Counted from the first letter of the stretch, positions 1 to 13,245 are shown. The stretch is 64,000 bases of DNA from Octopus sinensis (GCF_006345805.1 NC_043012.1:22506001-22570000), one strand, 5' to 3'. Translations and numbers: made by a program. Notes: generated from the sequence alone by a model not told the origin.

Positions 1-19
1 TCTTTTACATATATGCAAT

Positions 20-177
20 GGGCTTCTTTCAGTTTCTGTCTACCAAATCCACTCACAAGGCTTTGGTCGGCCCGAGGCTATAGTAGAAGACACTTGGCCA
101 AGGTGCCACGCAGTGGGACTGAACCCGGAACCATGTGGTTGGTAAGCAAGCTACTTACCACATAGCCACTCCTGCAC

Positions 178-178
<1 letters not shown>
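20..178 (-). mobile_element. tRNA-derived SINE family A, 5' half
   Basis: Reverse complement reads ggtgcaggagtggctatgtggtaag...ggttcagtcccactgcgtggcaccttgg. It has A/B-box-like motifs, a CORE-like segment, and matches many other copies in the window. Confidence 0.85.
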
Positions 179-209
<31 letters not shown>

Positions 210-476
210 CATCTATTTAATATACATGTATTTAATATATATATATTACAAATAGATATATAACATAAGATACAGCAGGTATGAACACCATGCCTAGGAC
301 ATCTCAGTATATCTAGCAGGGCACCCCCTTTATTATGCATGTACCTGAATGAACACAAACTGCACAGACTGATGCAACACAATTAGATGCAGAAAATCCT
401 ACTCATATCACACAGTTGCAAGATGGGTCGAAATGATCACCGTACCAAATCTATCTTCCATTTACTCCATCAACTA

Positions 477-516
<40 letters not shown>

Positions 517-519
517 TAG

Positions 520-815
520 TATTATTGTTATGATTATTATTATTATATATACATACATACTATATATATATATATATATGGCAAAAACGATCTATATATA
601 TATATATATGGATCCATATATGGAAAAAAATGAGCTATATAGTATTATTATTATGATTATTATTATTATATATGCATACATACATACTATATATATATAT
701 ATATATATGGCAAAAACGATCTATATATATATATATGGATCCATATATGGAAAAAAATGAGCTATATATATATATATGGCAAAAATGATCTATATATATA
801 CATATGGAAAAAATG
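520..815. repeat. Local tandem duplication, ~120-bp unit (about 2.4 copies) built from (ATT)/(TA) microsatellites
   Basis: ggcaaaaacgatctatata...ggatccatatatggaaaaaaatgagctatata recurs at ~580 and ~709, with a partial copy at ~778. Confidence 0.85.
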
Positions 816-1397
816 ATGTCAAACTATCTAGGTGTTTGCATGTATGCATGTACTAAGTGAATATCTATGATATACACATGCATATATGAAGGAGTATTCA
901 CACACACACACACACACACACAGTTGAGTGCATTTATTCATATGTGATGATAATGATGATGATCATCATCATGATCTCACACACACACACACGCACACAC
1001 ATTTATGATTGCATGCAAGCATGTATTTACATGCATTCATAATGTGTTTACATGCAGAAAATTCCTAATACAACTTTTTACATGTACAGCAATGGGGGTT
1101 GTGATGGATTTTGTTGTTAACAGGGAAATCTATTACAGGAAATATATATTTATTGATCACTCAATGATTAATAGATAATGTCGTAATAATGACATGAAAA
1201 TATATTCAGACATTAATGGGACAACACAGAAATATACATACATACATATTATATATATTGAATACATATAATATATATATATATATGTGTGTGTAGTAAT
1301 GTGTTTGTCTGTTTAGCACTGTGTGTGTGTGTTTATATGAAGATAGATATATGTATGTGTGTATGCATGTGTGCATGTCTCTTTTTTTTATCTTCCA

Positions 1398-1600
1398 TAT
1401 TTTACACATTTCAGTTATTAGACCGCAGTCATGCTGGAGCACCACCTTAAAGGGTTTAGTCAAATGGATTGATGTTTTTTTTTTTTCTTTTAAGCCTGGT
1501 ACTTATTTTATTCGTTTCCTTTTTGCTGAACTGCTAAGTCATGGGGATGTAAAACAAAATCAACACTGGTTGCCAACTGTAAATGGGGAACAAAGAAGAA
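1398..1600 (-). mobile_element. SINE family A, diverged 3' half
   Basis: gcagtcatgctggagcaccaccttaaaggg...ctgctaagtcatggggatgtaaaacaa matches the family A 3' module. Confidence 0.7.
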
Positions 1601-1689
1601 GACACACAAACACACACACACACACCACCACTACCACCACCACCACCACCACCACCACCACCACAACCACCACCACCACCACCACCACC

Positions 1690-1990
1690 ATCATCATCAT
1701 CGTTTAGCATCTATCTTCCATGCTTGCATAGATAGGATGCTTTGCAGGAGCTGGCCAGGTAGAAAAACTACCCTAGGCTACTTGGTCTGTTTTGGCAGGG
1801 ATTTTACAGCTGGATGCCCTTCCTAAAACCAACCACTCCACAGAGTGGACTCACTGCTTTTTACATGACACCAGCACAGGTGAGGTTAGTTTTGGCATGA
1901 TTTTTACAGCTGGATGCCCTTCCAAATAGCAACCACATTACAGCATGGTCTGGACTGGATGGTTTTAATGTGGCAGAAGCACTGGTCAGG
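1690..1990 (-). mobile_element. RTE LINE 3'UTR remnant next to a (CAC)n array
   Basis: (cat)n-cgttta tail plus two cagctggatgcccttcc motifs, shared with the RTE ends at 26.8 and 30.5 kb. Confidence 0.7.
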
Positions 1991-2185
1991 TAACCAAGTA
2001 ACTCAAAAGAAGAGGAATTATGAGAGGGGTAGGGGCATTTCAGGAGGGGAACTTGTGTGTCAGAGGATGAAAAGTTAGAGTGTGACAGAGACACTGAGAG
2101 ATAGAAGCAGGCGTCTCGCCACAACAGAGGGGGCATTAGAGGAGGTGATCCAGTATCAGATGATATATGTATACACATACATACA

Positions 2186-2218
<33 letters not shown>

Positions 2219-2501
2219 GTACTTGTGTGTGAGAGAGAGAGAAAGTTGAATGCTAGTTTTAAATATATATAATGCACACATGCATATATAAAGTGTATGG
2301 ATATATATATATATATATCAGGGTATCTGTAAAATATCTCATGATGATGATGATACTAGATGCATATGTGATGTGTGTAGGTACATGTATATGTATGTAA
2401 TATATATATATATTATATACATACACATGTACCTACACACATATATATATATATATATATATTACATACATACACATGTACCTACACATATATATATATA
2501 T

Positions 2502-2731
2502 TGTGGCCCAAATGTAGGTTTATAGTTATCACGTAGGCACTTTAAATTTCTTTTAAAACGTTTTATTACATTTAAATTTCTACCTTACAAACTGAAAAGG
2601 AAGCTTGACAAAATTAACTAAATTAGCTCAGAATAATGGTTTCATAGTTTTATTATTAAGACCTAAACTGTTAATATATGAATGCAAAAGAGATAGTTGA
2701 ATTACTGTAAACCTACTTTGGGGGCCACCCT
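2502..2731. mobile_element. Tc1/mariner-type MITE
   Basis: Imperfect TIRs gtggcccaaatgtaggtttatagt and actgtaaacctactttgggggccaccc in a TA context. A second right end lies at ~48030-48107. Confidence 0.6.
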
Positions 2732-3335
2732 ATATATATATATATATAATATTAATATATATACATATATATATATACTCTGCTGTGGTGATTCTAAAAT
2801 ACAACACTTAAAAACCTAACAGTATATCTTTTTTCTACTCCACTGAAGAGATTTTGCCTAATATAATGATTTTGTTAATTACTATTTCATCTGTTAGGCC
2901 TAACTGAAACAGCTGTAAGGGCCCATGCTTGATTTTTGCAGATGATAAATTTTTATTAAATGTTATATCTCCATTTTCTTACTTTCTTTTGAATGATTAT
3001 AAACGATGATATATATCTATATATATATCTATATTTACACATACACACATACAAACATATTCACATGCATTATTATTGGCATGTAATCAACTGAATTTTT
3101 AATAATTTTTGATAAATGAGTAAAATCTGATTTTTCTTACCACACAGAAACAAGAGTAAATATTTATAACTGCGGAATTTATGTATAATGTAAACTTATT
3201 AACATATATGAGACTGTGTGGGTTTGTTCTGGGTCTCAATATGATAATGTGCACACTTTATAGATATGAATTTATGTTCATGCATGTGTGTGCGTTTGTG
3301 TGTGTATATTATATATATATATATATATATATAAA

Positions 3336-3495
3336 ACAGGCTTCTTTCAGTTTCTGTCTACCAACTCCACTCACAAAGCTTTGGTCAGCCTGAGGTTATA
3401 GTAGAAGACACCAGCACAAGGTGCCACGCAGTAGGACTGAACCCAGGGCCATTTGTGGGGAAGCAAGCTTCTCTTCCACACAGTCATGCCTGGAC

Positions 3496-3497
<2 letters not shown>
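3336..3497 (-). mobile_element. SINE family A, 5' half
   Basis: ggcttctttcagtttctgtctacc...ccacacagtcatgcctggacc, followed by a long (TA)n. Confidence 0.8.
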
Positions 3498-3543
<46 letters not shown>

Positions 3544-3636
3544 ATATGTATAATATATATATATATATATAATATATTAATATATATATGTAATATATAT
3601 ATATATATAATATATATAAATATATATATATATATG

Positions 3637-3687
<51 letters not shown>

Positions 3688-3746
3688 CACACACACACTC
3701 TCCAACACACTGTGTATGTATGTATATATATATATATATAAATATA

Positions 3747-3819
<73 letters not shown>

Positions 3820-4388
3820 GATACATACACCGATGTGACCCTGTGTGTGTTTGTGAATGTGAGCATACAAAAAGAGACACACATATATTGTTGTGTTTAT
3901 CTATATTTCTTATCTCCCAACCAACAAACTATTATTATATTAAGGAAAATATTTTATTTCATACATTATGAGACAAAGTTTTGTTGCTAACCATATCTCG
4001 GCAGACTCATTAATGTGAGTTAATTAAATATTTCTCAATTAAAATCATAAATATAGATTTAAACGTGTTCACATATTTATATAACACCAAGTCAAATATA
4101 CGTGTGCATGTGTGAATGTGTGTGTGTGTGTGTGTGTGTGTGTTTGTTCATATGTAGGAAGGTGGCAAAGGCAGAAAGATAAGGTTTAGATATGCTTGGA
4201 AAATGTGAGAATGTGGCAGTGGAGTGGTTGAGGTGTGCATAAGGGGCAGAAGGAAGAAAGAAAGAAAGAAGGAAATCAATTAATCCATAATGTGTAAATA
4301 TAAATGCTAGTGGTAAATGATATGTATGAGGAAGGTTGAAAGATAATAAGGGAGGAGCCATATGGTTGAGAGAGAGAGAGAGAGAAAC

Positions 4389-4419
<31 letters not shown>

Positions 4420-4579
4420 CAGAGAAGAGAAGAGAGAGAGAGAGAATTCCTTTAGATTGAGATATTCTGCATTTGGAGCCCACACAAACAAAGTTTAAAA
4501 GAAAAATAAATAAATAAACAGGCGTAATAAAATAAGGAATTCTAGTTTGAAGGAAAAGTAAAGGGTTACATCACCACCA

Positions 4580-4850
4580 CCATCATCATCATCATCATCA
4601 TCGTTTAATGTCTGCCTTCCATACTGGTATGGGTTGGACGATTTGACAGGAGCTGGCCAGACAGAACACTGCACCAGACATCTGCGTCTGTTTTGGCAAG
4701 GTTTTTTATGGCTGGATGCCCTTCCTAATGCCAACCACCCAGCAGAGTGGACTTAGTGCTTTTTATGTAGCACAAGCATAAGTGAGGTTAGTTGTGGCAT
4801 GGTTTTTTTCAGCTGGATGCCCTTCTAAAAGCTAAACACCTTACAGTCTG
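4580..4850 (-). mobile_element. RTE 3'UTR remnant
   Basis: (cat)n tail, gggttggacgatttgacagg and gctggatgcccttcctaatgccaacc. Confidence 0.75.
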
Positions 4851-5095
4851 ATTATATATATATATATATATAAACACACACACATATATACAGAGAGAGA
4901 AGTAGTTTGATCTCATTCAAACTTTGACCTCTTCTTGTTAGATGAGCTCAAAAGTGGTTTTTAAGTTCTGAGAGATGTTTAAAATTTGCAAGGAACACAG
5001 TTCAAACATGTCTCGTCTGTCTGTCTATACCTATCTATCTATCTGTCAGTCTATATCTATCTATCATTGTATCTATCTATCTATCTGTCTGTCTA

Positions 5096-5159
<64 letters not shown>

Positions 5160-5290
5160 CATCCATCTTATCTATCTATCTATCATCATCATCATTTAAT
5201 GTCCGTTTTCCATGTTGGCATGGATTGGACGGTTTGACTGAGGACTAGCAAGCCAGTAGGCTGCACCAGGCTCCAGCCTAATATATATAT

Positions 5291-5532
5291 TAGTAGTTTA
5301 AAGAAAACAGACAATACACATAGATAATCATTCTTTAATCACTATACAGCCATATTGAGTTCTTTTTTGCCTACGTGATGTTTCAGCTGTTTTTTATTGT
5401 TCAAGTGCAAGTATGGACAACAACAAAATGACTGAAACATCACATAAGTAAAAAGGAAGAACTCATTATCACTGCACAATGATTAAAAGTGAATATTCTA
5501 TGTGTATTGTCTGTTTTCTTTAAACTATTAAT
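5291..5532. repeat. Imperfect ~240-bp palindrome (fold-back or MITE-like)
   Basis: 5294-5324 is the exact reverse complement of 5497-5527 (31 bp). Inner pairs gagttctt/aagaactc and tgatgtttcag/ctgaaacatca continue the stem. Confidence 0.85.
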
Positions 5533-5776
5533 TATTTCTCCTATATCGAAAAGAATGAAGTCTCTATAGGGACAACTGGACTTTTGGATGTGAAAAGTAC
5601 CAAGGATGGTCAATCTAACCAGATAAAAACATTAGTACATAAGCACACGAACGATAACCAGAATTACCAATTGATAATAGCACAAAACTGGTGCCCGCTC
5701 GGATAACATATCACTGCAAAGAAATTCTTTTCAAAGAAATTTTTTGAAAACAGGCCTATATATACATATATATATA

Positions 5777-5905
5777 GGGAGAGTTTACGAAAAAAACAAA
5801 AGACGAAGACAGGTGGTGTACAAAGCAAACAGATGTATTAGTATAACACTCAGGAATAGAAAAAGTCTTTTACGTTTCGAGCCTATGCTCTTCTACAGAA
5901 AGGGA
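5777..5905 (-). mobile_element. Penelope-like pLTR remnant (hammerhead-bearing family, copy 1)
   Basis: Aligns by eye with 18950-19140 and 57040-57200, and ends at (TA)n. Confidence 0.65.
5867..5902 (-). ncRNA. Minimal type I hammerhead ribozyme-like motif, variant core
   Basis: Minus strand reads CUUU-CUGUAGA-A-GAGC AUAG GCUC-GAAAC-GUA-AAAG. Stem I is CUUU/AAAG, stem II is GAGC/GCUC, and stem III is palindromic ACGU. Confidence 0.55.
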
Positions 5906-7994
5906 CATATATATGTATATATATATATATACACACAAAAGGTTGCACCATTGACAGGGCTCTTCCTTACCCACCTGGAATTTGCAAGTGCCAACTCTGT
6001 ATGACTGAGCTTTTCATGACTTACGAGTTTCATGGATGTATAAAACACATCCATCTCGTTAGATGTTACAAGCTGAGTGGTAGTTTGAAGAGAAATTCAA
6101 GATGACTTTTAAGGTGTCTATGCCTCTATTAGTCAGCTCAGGTGACACAATATCAAAGCAATACTATTTTCCTTATTTTTATGCTCACATTTTCAGATAG
6201 GATTTTGGCAGAAAACTGGTGCCACTTTGGTGGCAGGTTTGCAGCATAATGCATTCAGCAACATCAGTTTATTGTACTGGGTACCATATATAAAGTGGGA
6301 TGTTAACTCAAGTCAGTGACTTAGTCATCATTCAGTGAAGTGTCAATGTACTAGTCGTAGATTGCATGGATAATATGGGTTGGCTGTAGTCGATACCCTG
6401 CCCTTGTGTGTGAGACAACTAGGCCCAAGGTGTTATATCTCAGTTGTCAGTTGACAGTGGCTTGAACTTCATTAACAGGGCTTATCTTATAACCCGTCCT
6501 GGTCCACAGTTTGTGATGAAAATCCAAATATGGGAAATTGATAAACCTGTTAACTGTGCTACCAGGAATCACTCACTATATTGTGCCAGGATGACATCTC
6601 CCTACGTAATCACTTTTCTCCCATAATTTCCATGTGTATAAGTTCTACAAACCTTTTTCTCATTACCTTAATCATTATAATTCAACCGTTAGAACCAGTC
6701 TCCTACAGTAATTATTTATCAACTGTACAACTGTCTCATCACTTTCTCATCCTTATCCCCCCTCTCTCTCTCCCCACCTTCTTAACAGTATGTCATAAAT
6801 CCTCACCCAATCTTCTGCCCTGTATCCCTGGTGCAACTGCCCCATTGTTCACATCACATATCTTCTTTTGTTACAGACAGTTATTTATCACCCATCAACA
6901 AGCATCTCCTACTATTGTCTGCAATTTGACAAGCCTCCTTGTCTTCAAAGCACTCCATCCTCTAATGTTGTGTTGTGGACCGAGTTCTACACCAGTTACT
7001 CCATCCCTCTCCATTCCCATCTTTCACTTTGTTTCTTTCTTTTCCCCACTCTACCTCATCAACATACCTTTCATTAACCACTGTAATGAAATACGAATTT
7101 TGCCAGTATCTTTAGACAAGGATAAAATGATTTTGCCTAATGGATCACAAAAAAATTTTTGTTCTTTCATACACTTATGATATTATGGGTTTTTATTACA
7201 TAACAGACATAGGTATTGCATAAATCATGGTTCACCCGAAACAGCTGTCAAGATCAGACTATTACACGATTCCATTTGTTTATTTCTATTCCTTATAAAC
7301 ATACTCATATACACTCACAGAAACCCATATACACCCATATACATGCACACAAGAGACATATACTTAAGATGAAATAAAATAAAAATAGAGAAATAAATAA
7401 ATTAATTAATAAAAAAAAACTAAATAAAAAACACAGGTACAAACAGTTTAGTAAGCAAACCCATACATACACACACACACTCAAAACACACATACTAAAC
7501 ATATAGACACACATGCACGTGCACACATACACAGATACAGATGGAAACGCATGCATAAATAAGGATATACACCACAGAAAGACAGACTGGACTAAACAGG
7601 GCAGGTGGGGGGCACACATGGGATGGAGTGTCACTGAAGAAGTCACAGGATGTGTGATGAAAGATTTCAGATAAAAGACATTAAAATATGAATAATAATA
7701 AAGCTGAAGTGAAGGCCAAGTGTAGTGTGTGTGTGTGTGTGTGTGTGTGGTTATTTTCTCCCCCTCCAAAAACAAAAAAAACATTCTGGAATATAGCAAA
7801 AAAGCACCCAGTCCATTCTGTAAAGCTGTTGGTGTTAGGAAGGGCATCCAACCATAAAAACCCTGTCAAAACAGTGGAACGTGACACAGTTTTCTCCCTA
7901 GACAACTCCTGTCAAACCACACAACCCATACCAGCTTAAAAACAGACATTAAATGATGATGAGGGTGATGATGATGATGATGCTACACACATGT

Positions 7995-8235
7995 ATGTTT
8001 GTACATATGTGTGTATGATTGCATGCAAGTGTGTATATAAATACACACACACACACAAACATGTATAAATACATAGAACATACACATAATATTCGCATAC
8101 TTGTACACATGTACATACTGTTTGTACATATGTGTGTATGATTGCATGCAAGTGTGTATATAAATACACACACACACACAAACATGTATAAATACATAGA
8201 ACATTCACACACATTCGCATACTTGTACACATATA
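7995..8235. repeat. Tandem duplication, ~120-bp unit x2
   Basis: tgtacatatgtgtgtatgattgcatgcaagtgtgtatataaatac...cgcatacttgtacacat occurs twice. Confidence 0.85.
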
Positions 8236-8489
8236 CACACAGGCATCAGTGTTTTTATATATCCATTTGTTTCTACAAACATTTATACACCTAATAATGT
8301 CAGCAGAAACAGAGAGAAATAATTGTTAGCATTTTTATCAATAAATAATTATAACCTCAAGCTTAGGAATTTAGATTATGCATAAGCTTGATAAAAAGTT
8401 TAATGATTTTAACAGTTACAGTGTTAAGTGCCACATGAATTTCATTTATCAATTTAAGATATTCCACTAGTAAACCAAAATTTTGCCAA

Positions 8490-8586
8490 AATTATTTTAA
8501 AATAATATTCCTAGGTTTAGGTACAAAGCAGTCCATATTTAAAGCATTGCTTGAAAATTTGTGGATATATTTGTGGGGACACCCTG

Positions 8587-8587
<1 letters not shown>
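8490..8587 (-). mobile_element. Solo Tc1/mariner-type terminal fragment
   Basis: Reverse complement begins acagggtgtccccacaaa, resembling the cagggtg TIR start at 36059. Confidence 0.4.
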
Positions 8588-8627
<40 letters not shown>

Positions 8628-8660
8628 GATATATATATGTATGTATATATGTATTTATAT

Positions 8661-8693
<33 letters not shown>

Positions 8694-8896
8694 CATACAT
8701 GCATATATATATATTTTAATATTTTGCTTCAGCATAGCGAGACTACTCAGCTGGTGTAGAACTCAATATATGTAAATATGGTCCAGAACACAATATTAGA
8801 CGCATAACCTTTGTTTTCTTTTCGCCATCATCTCTCTGTTCCTTTATATATATGGGTGTCTGTGTATGTGAGTGTGTATGTATACACACACACACG

Positions 8897-8932
<36 letters not shown>

Positions 8933-8934
<2 letters not shown>

Positions 8935-9337
8935 CTCTTTTACTCTTTTACTTGTTTGAGTCATTTGACTGCGGCCATGCTGGAGCACCGCCTTTAATCG
9001 AGCAACTTGACCCCGGGACTTATTCTTTATGAGCCCAGTACTTATTCTATCGGTCTCCTTTGCCAAACAGCTAAGTGACGGGGACATAAACACACCAGCA
9101 TCAGTTGTCAAGCAATGCTAGGGGGACAAACACAGAAACACAAACATACACGCACATACATATACGTACATATCTACGACGGGCTTCTTTCAGTTTCCGT
9201 CTACCGAATCTACTCACAAGGCTTTGGTCGGCCCGAGGCTATAGTAGAAGACACTTGCCCAAGGTGCCACGCAGTGGAACTGAACCCGGAACCATGTGGT
9301 TGGTAAGCAAGCTACTTACCACACAGCCACTCCTGCA

Positions 9338-9339
<2 letters not shown>
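8933..9339 (-). mobile_element. SINE family A, full-length, little diverged
   Basis: Complete head, internal CA/TA linker, 3' module and (gagtaaaa)n tail; (TA)n on both sides. Confidence 0.9.
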
Positions 9340-9393
<54 letters not shown>

Positions 9394-10020
9394 GGTTATA
9401 TATGTATGTTCAGTGCAGCACACAGGTATATTTCTATAAGTCACAAATTACTGTTGATTATACTATGGCATCACATATCACATTAAAAATTAGGAGATAA
9501 TTCAGCGACTTTTAGCTTTGTAAGAAACTTCATAAGAACCATGAAGCAAATGGTATTTTCTGCCAAAAAATTCACACTGTGATAATCACAGAATTGTGGT
9601 GCAATTCGTTTATCTCTTCTTCAATTAATCGACAATTAACCAATTAACCAATAAGCCTTTCTACTTATTGAACCGGCAAAGCTATCGAAGAATGGAAGAA
9701 TTCCGAGAGACAAAAACCATTGATAAAGCTGTGTTTTTGAGAATTATTCAGGTATACTTATATCACACACACACACACATATATATATATACTATTATTT
9801 GACAAAAAATACATCTATGAAAAAGGCATAGAAAAATACACACGTACACATAAATATACGACTATACTAATATATATATATTTGCATAAGCATACCTATA
9901 TGCATATACATATATATATATATGTATATGTATAAGTCCTTTTATGTATATATATATATATATATATACATGTATATATATACATGTATATATATATATA
10001 TATACATGTATATATATACA

Positions 10021-10066
<46 letters not shown>

Positions 10067-10781
10067 GTCTACATATGTGTATATATATGTACACCTATAA
10101 ATTTGCATATATATATATATGTACACATTAATATTGCATATATATATATAAATATATATATAAATATATATGTGTACATATATGTGTACATATATATATT
10201 TGCATATAATATATATATATATATATGCATATACACACACATTAATATAAACACATACAAATGTACACACATGCACACACACGCACACACACACACACAC
10301 ATATATATATAAACGTCCACGTACATAAAAACATAAACATATAAGCAACACATGAATACAAACACACACATACACATATACGCACACACACACATACCTA
10401 TTTATATATACATACATGTATGTATATAGCTTTAACAAACATAGATAAATATACAAACACATACACACACACTCACACATGTATGCTCATATATGTACGT
10501 GTGTGTGTGTGTGTTCATACACACACATGCATGCACACATACCTGCATGAACATGTAAAAATAAACACAAACATATGTCTCAAAATATATCCCAAAACAA
10601 ATATATATATATATATATATATATAAACATGTATATATATATATAAACATGTATATATATATATAAACATGTATATATATATATAAACATGTAGAAATAA
10701 ACAAATATAAATATTCGATGTAGACACATGTCTCTGAAATTGTAGTCAATTATCTCCGTATCTAAATATTTATATAAACAG

Positions 10782-10865
10782 GTACCAATACAGGTGATAC
10801 GATCATTATTTTGGGTTTGGGTGAGCTACAACATTCCATCACAACAAACTGAAATAACTATGGAA
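10782..10865 (+). CDS. Candidate internal exon, phase 0-0: VPIQVIRSLFWVWVSYNIPSQQTEITME
   Basis: aaacag|GTA...GAA|gtaagc, 84 bp, open frame in non-repeat DNA. No homology recognised. Confidence 0.25.
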
Positions 10866-11306
10866 GTAAGCGATGTAACCCTCTAGCAAGTAATATATCA
10901 TTAAATAGGGGTCCCAGGAGGGGACAAATATATTTCTCATCAGTTTATGGGCATCACACAGAAGATAAGCACAAGCCTCACAGAGGGGTAAATGACAGTT
11001 AAGAGTTTAATTATACCTGATAAACATGCACACACACACACACATATATACACCTTGATACAAACACAGATACACTTAGGTATTTGAATGTTAATCAAGG
11101 CAGAAACAAAATATGCAAACATGCATATGTATGCATGTATGAGCATGCATGCACACACACATAAATGTGCATACATACATGTAAATATAGATACTTATAT
11201 ATATAAATATATATATGTATATATACATATCCACTATCTATCCACACACACACATATATATATATATCTTTATGTATATATTATATATATATATATAATA
11301 TATATA

Positions 11307-11354
<48 letters not shown>

Positions 11355-11588
11355 CCAAGTAAGCACATAAATGTGAAACAAGGTGGAAAATATAGTAGTT
11401 GAATACTAAAGGCAGAGTAATATGCTTTATTTAAAAGAAGCAAAAATATCTATATATTCAATTCTAAATGTATATGTGTTTGCTTATAACCCTATTTTTG
11501 TTTCATTCTAAACAAAACTGTTTGACAAACGGGAATGTGAAACTCTGAGTAAGAGTTTCTGTGATATTTTTGCTGCCTTTTAATAAAG

Positions 11589-11620
<32 letters not shown>

Positions 11621-12035
11621 GGCGCAGGAGTGGCTGTGTGGTAAGTAGCTTGCTTACCGACCACATGGTTCCGGGTTCAGTCCCACTGTGTGGCACCTTG
11701 GGCAAGTGTCTTCTACTATAGCCTCAGGCCGGCCAAAGCCTTGTGAGTGGATTTGGTAGATGGAAACTGAAAGAAGCTCGTCGTATATATGTATATATAT
11801 ATATGTATGTGTATGTGTGTGTGTTTGTGTGTCTGTGTTTGTCCCCCTAGCATTGCTTGACAACCGATGCTGGTGTGTTTATGTCCCCGTTACTTAGCGG
11901 TTCGGCAAAAGAGACCGATAGAATAAGTACTGGGCTTACAAAGAATAAGTCCCGGGGTCGAGTTGCTCGATTAAAGGCAGTGCTCCAGCATGGCCGCAGT
12001 CAAATGACTGAAATAAGTAAAAGAGTAAAAGAGTA
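11621..12035 (+). mobile_element. SINE family A, full-length
   Basis: ggcgcaggagtggctgtgtggtaag...ggttcagtccc...aagtaaaagagtaaaagagta, inside (TA)n. Confidence 0.9.
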
Positions 12036-12094
12036 TATATATAGATATATAAATATATATCGTTATATATATATATATATCTTTACACATATCT

Positions 12095-12570
12095 GCTTTT
12101 GCTAGTCAAATGGGTGAGGCCATGCTGTGTCACAGCTTCAAAGAACAAATTGACCCTAGTCTTATTTCTGTTTTAAATCAGGTATTTATGCTATTGTTCC
12201 TACTTTGTTAAACTGCTACTTTGTGGCAATGTAAACAAACCGACACCGGGTGTCAAGCAATCAGTGGGGTGTCTAACACAAACACATTTACACACATATA
12301 CATATATATGTGTGTGTGTGTGTATGTATTATATATATATATATCATCTTGAGCATTGTTTAAGCGGATGTCAATTAACGATGATGATGCTATCCACATA
12401 TACCTATGTATATTGTATGCACAACAATTGCCATCTAACAAAGCCATTCACATGGTTTTGGTTGGCGTTATGCTATAAGTAGCAGACACTTGCCGAAACT
12501 GCCTAGCAGTGAGACTGAACTCAAAACACTGTAGTTGGGAGGCAATCTTCATACAACATGGTCAGGCTTG
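12095..12570 (-). mobile_element. SINE family A, old diverged copy
   Basis: Degenerate 3' module (gtgaggccatgctg...gtaaacaaaccgacaccgggtgtcaagc) and head (cagacacttgcc...gactgaactc). Confidence 0.55.
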
Positions 12571-12998
12571 CATCTATCTCTGTATAAATAAACATATCTT
12601 TATTTCCATGTCCATATATTTATATATACATATTTATATATATATCTTAATATATTTATATCTATCTACCTGCATAAATATATATATATATATATGAAGA
12701 TAATGATACTATAATTATGATGAGGTGTATACATATATATAAATATATATACACATATATGGATTTATGCATATACATATATATTTATACATACATTCAT
12801 ATATATATGTGTATGTGTAATATATATATTTATTTATACATAAACAAAATATAAAACAAATATATATATATTTATATACATGGTGGTCAGTCCTTTAAAT
12901 TTTGTATGTAAAAAAATACTTTTAATCTTCAGATTTTTTAAAATATGCTAGGCCACTGGTTTTAATTGATTAATATCAATTTCTACCCGTATTTATAC

Positions 12999-13047
<49 letters not shown>

Positions 13048-13245
13048 ATAGATATGTGTGTGTGTGTGTGTGTGTATACATATACTAATATCTTATACTA
13101 TAGCCTTGGGCCGACCAAAGTCTTGTGAGTGGATTTAGTAGATGAAAACTGAAAGAAGCCCGTTATATATGTATATATATGTGCATATATATGCATATAT
13201 ATACATATGTATACATATGTATATATACATATATATACATATATG

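Noticed and set aside
6581-7180. 199-aa ORF
   Set aside because: No recognisable domain. The C/T-rich strand skew suppresses stops, like the complementary tracts at 20430-20600 and 43050-43440, and is probably decayed retroelement sequence.
11621-11700. tRNA-like sequences with A and B boxes (also 15260, 45890-45961, 50645)
   Set aside because: They continue directly into SINE bodies and give no clean cloverleaf, so they are SINE heads rather than tRNA genes.
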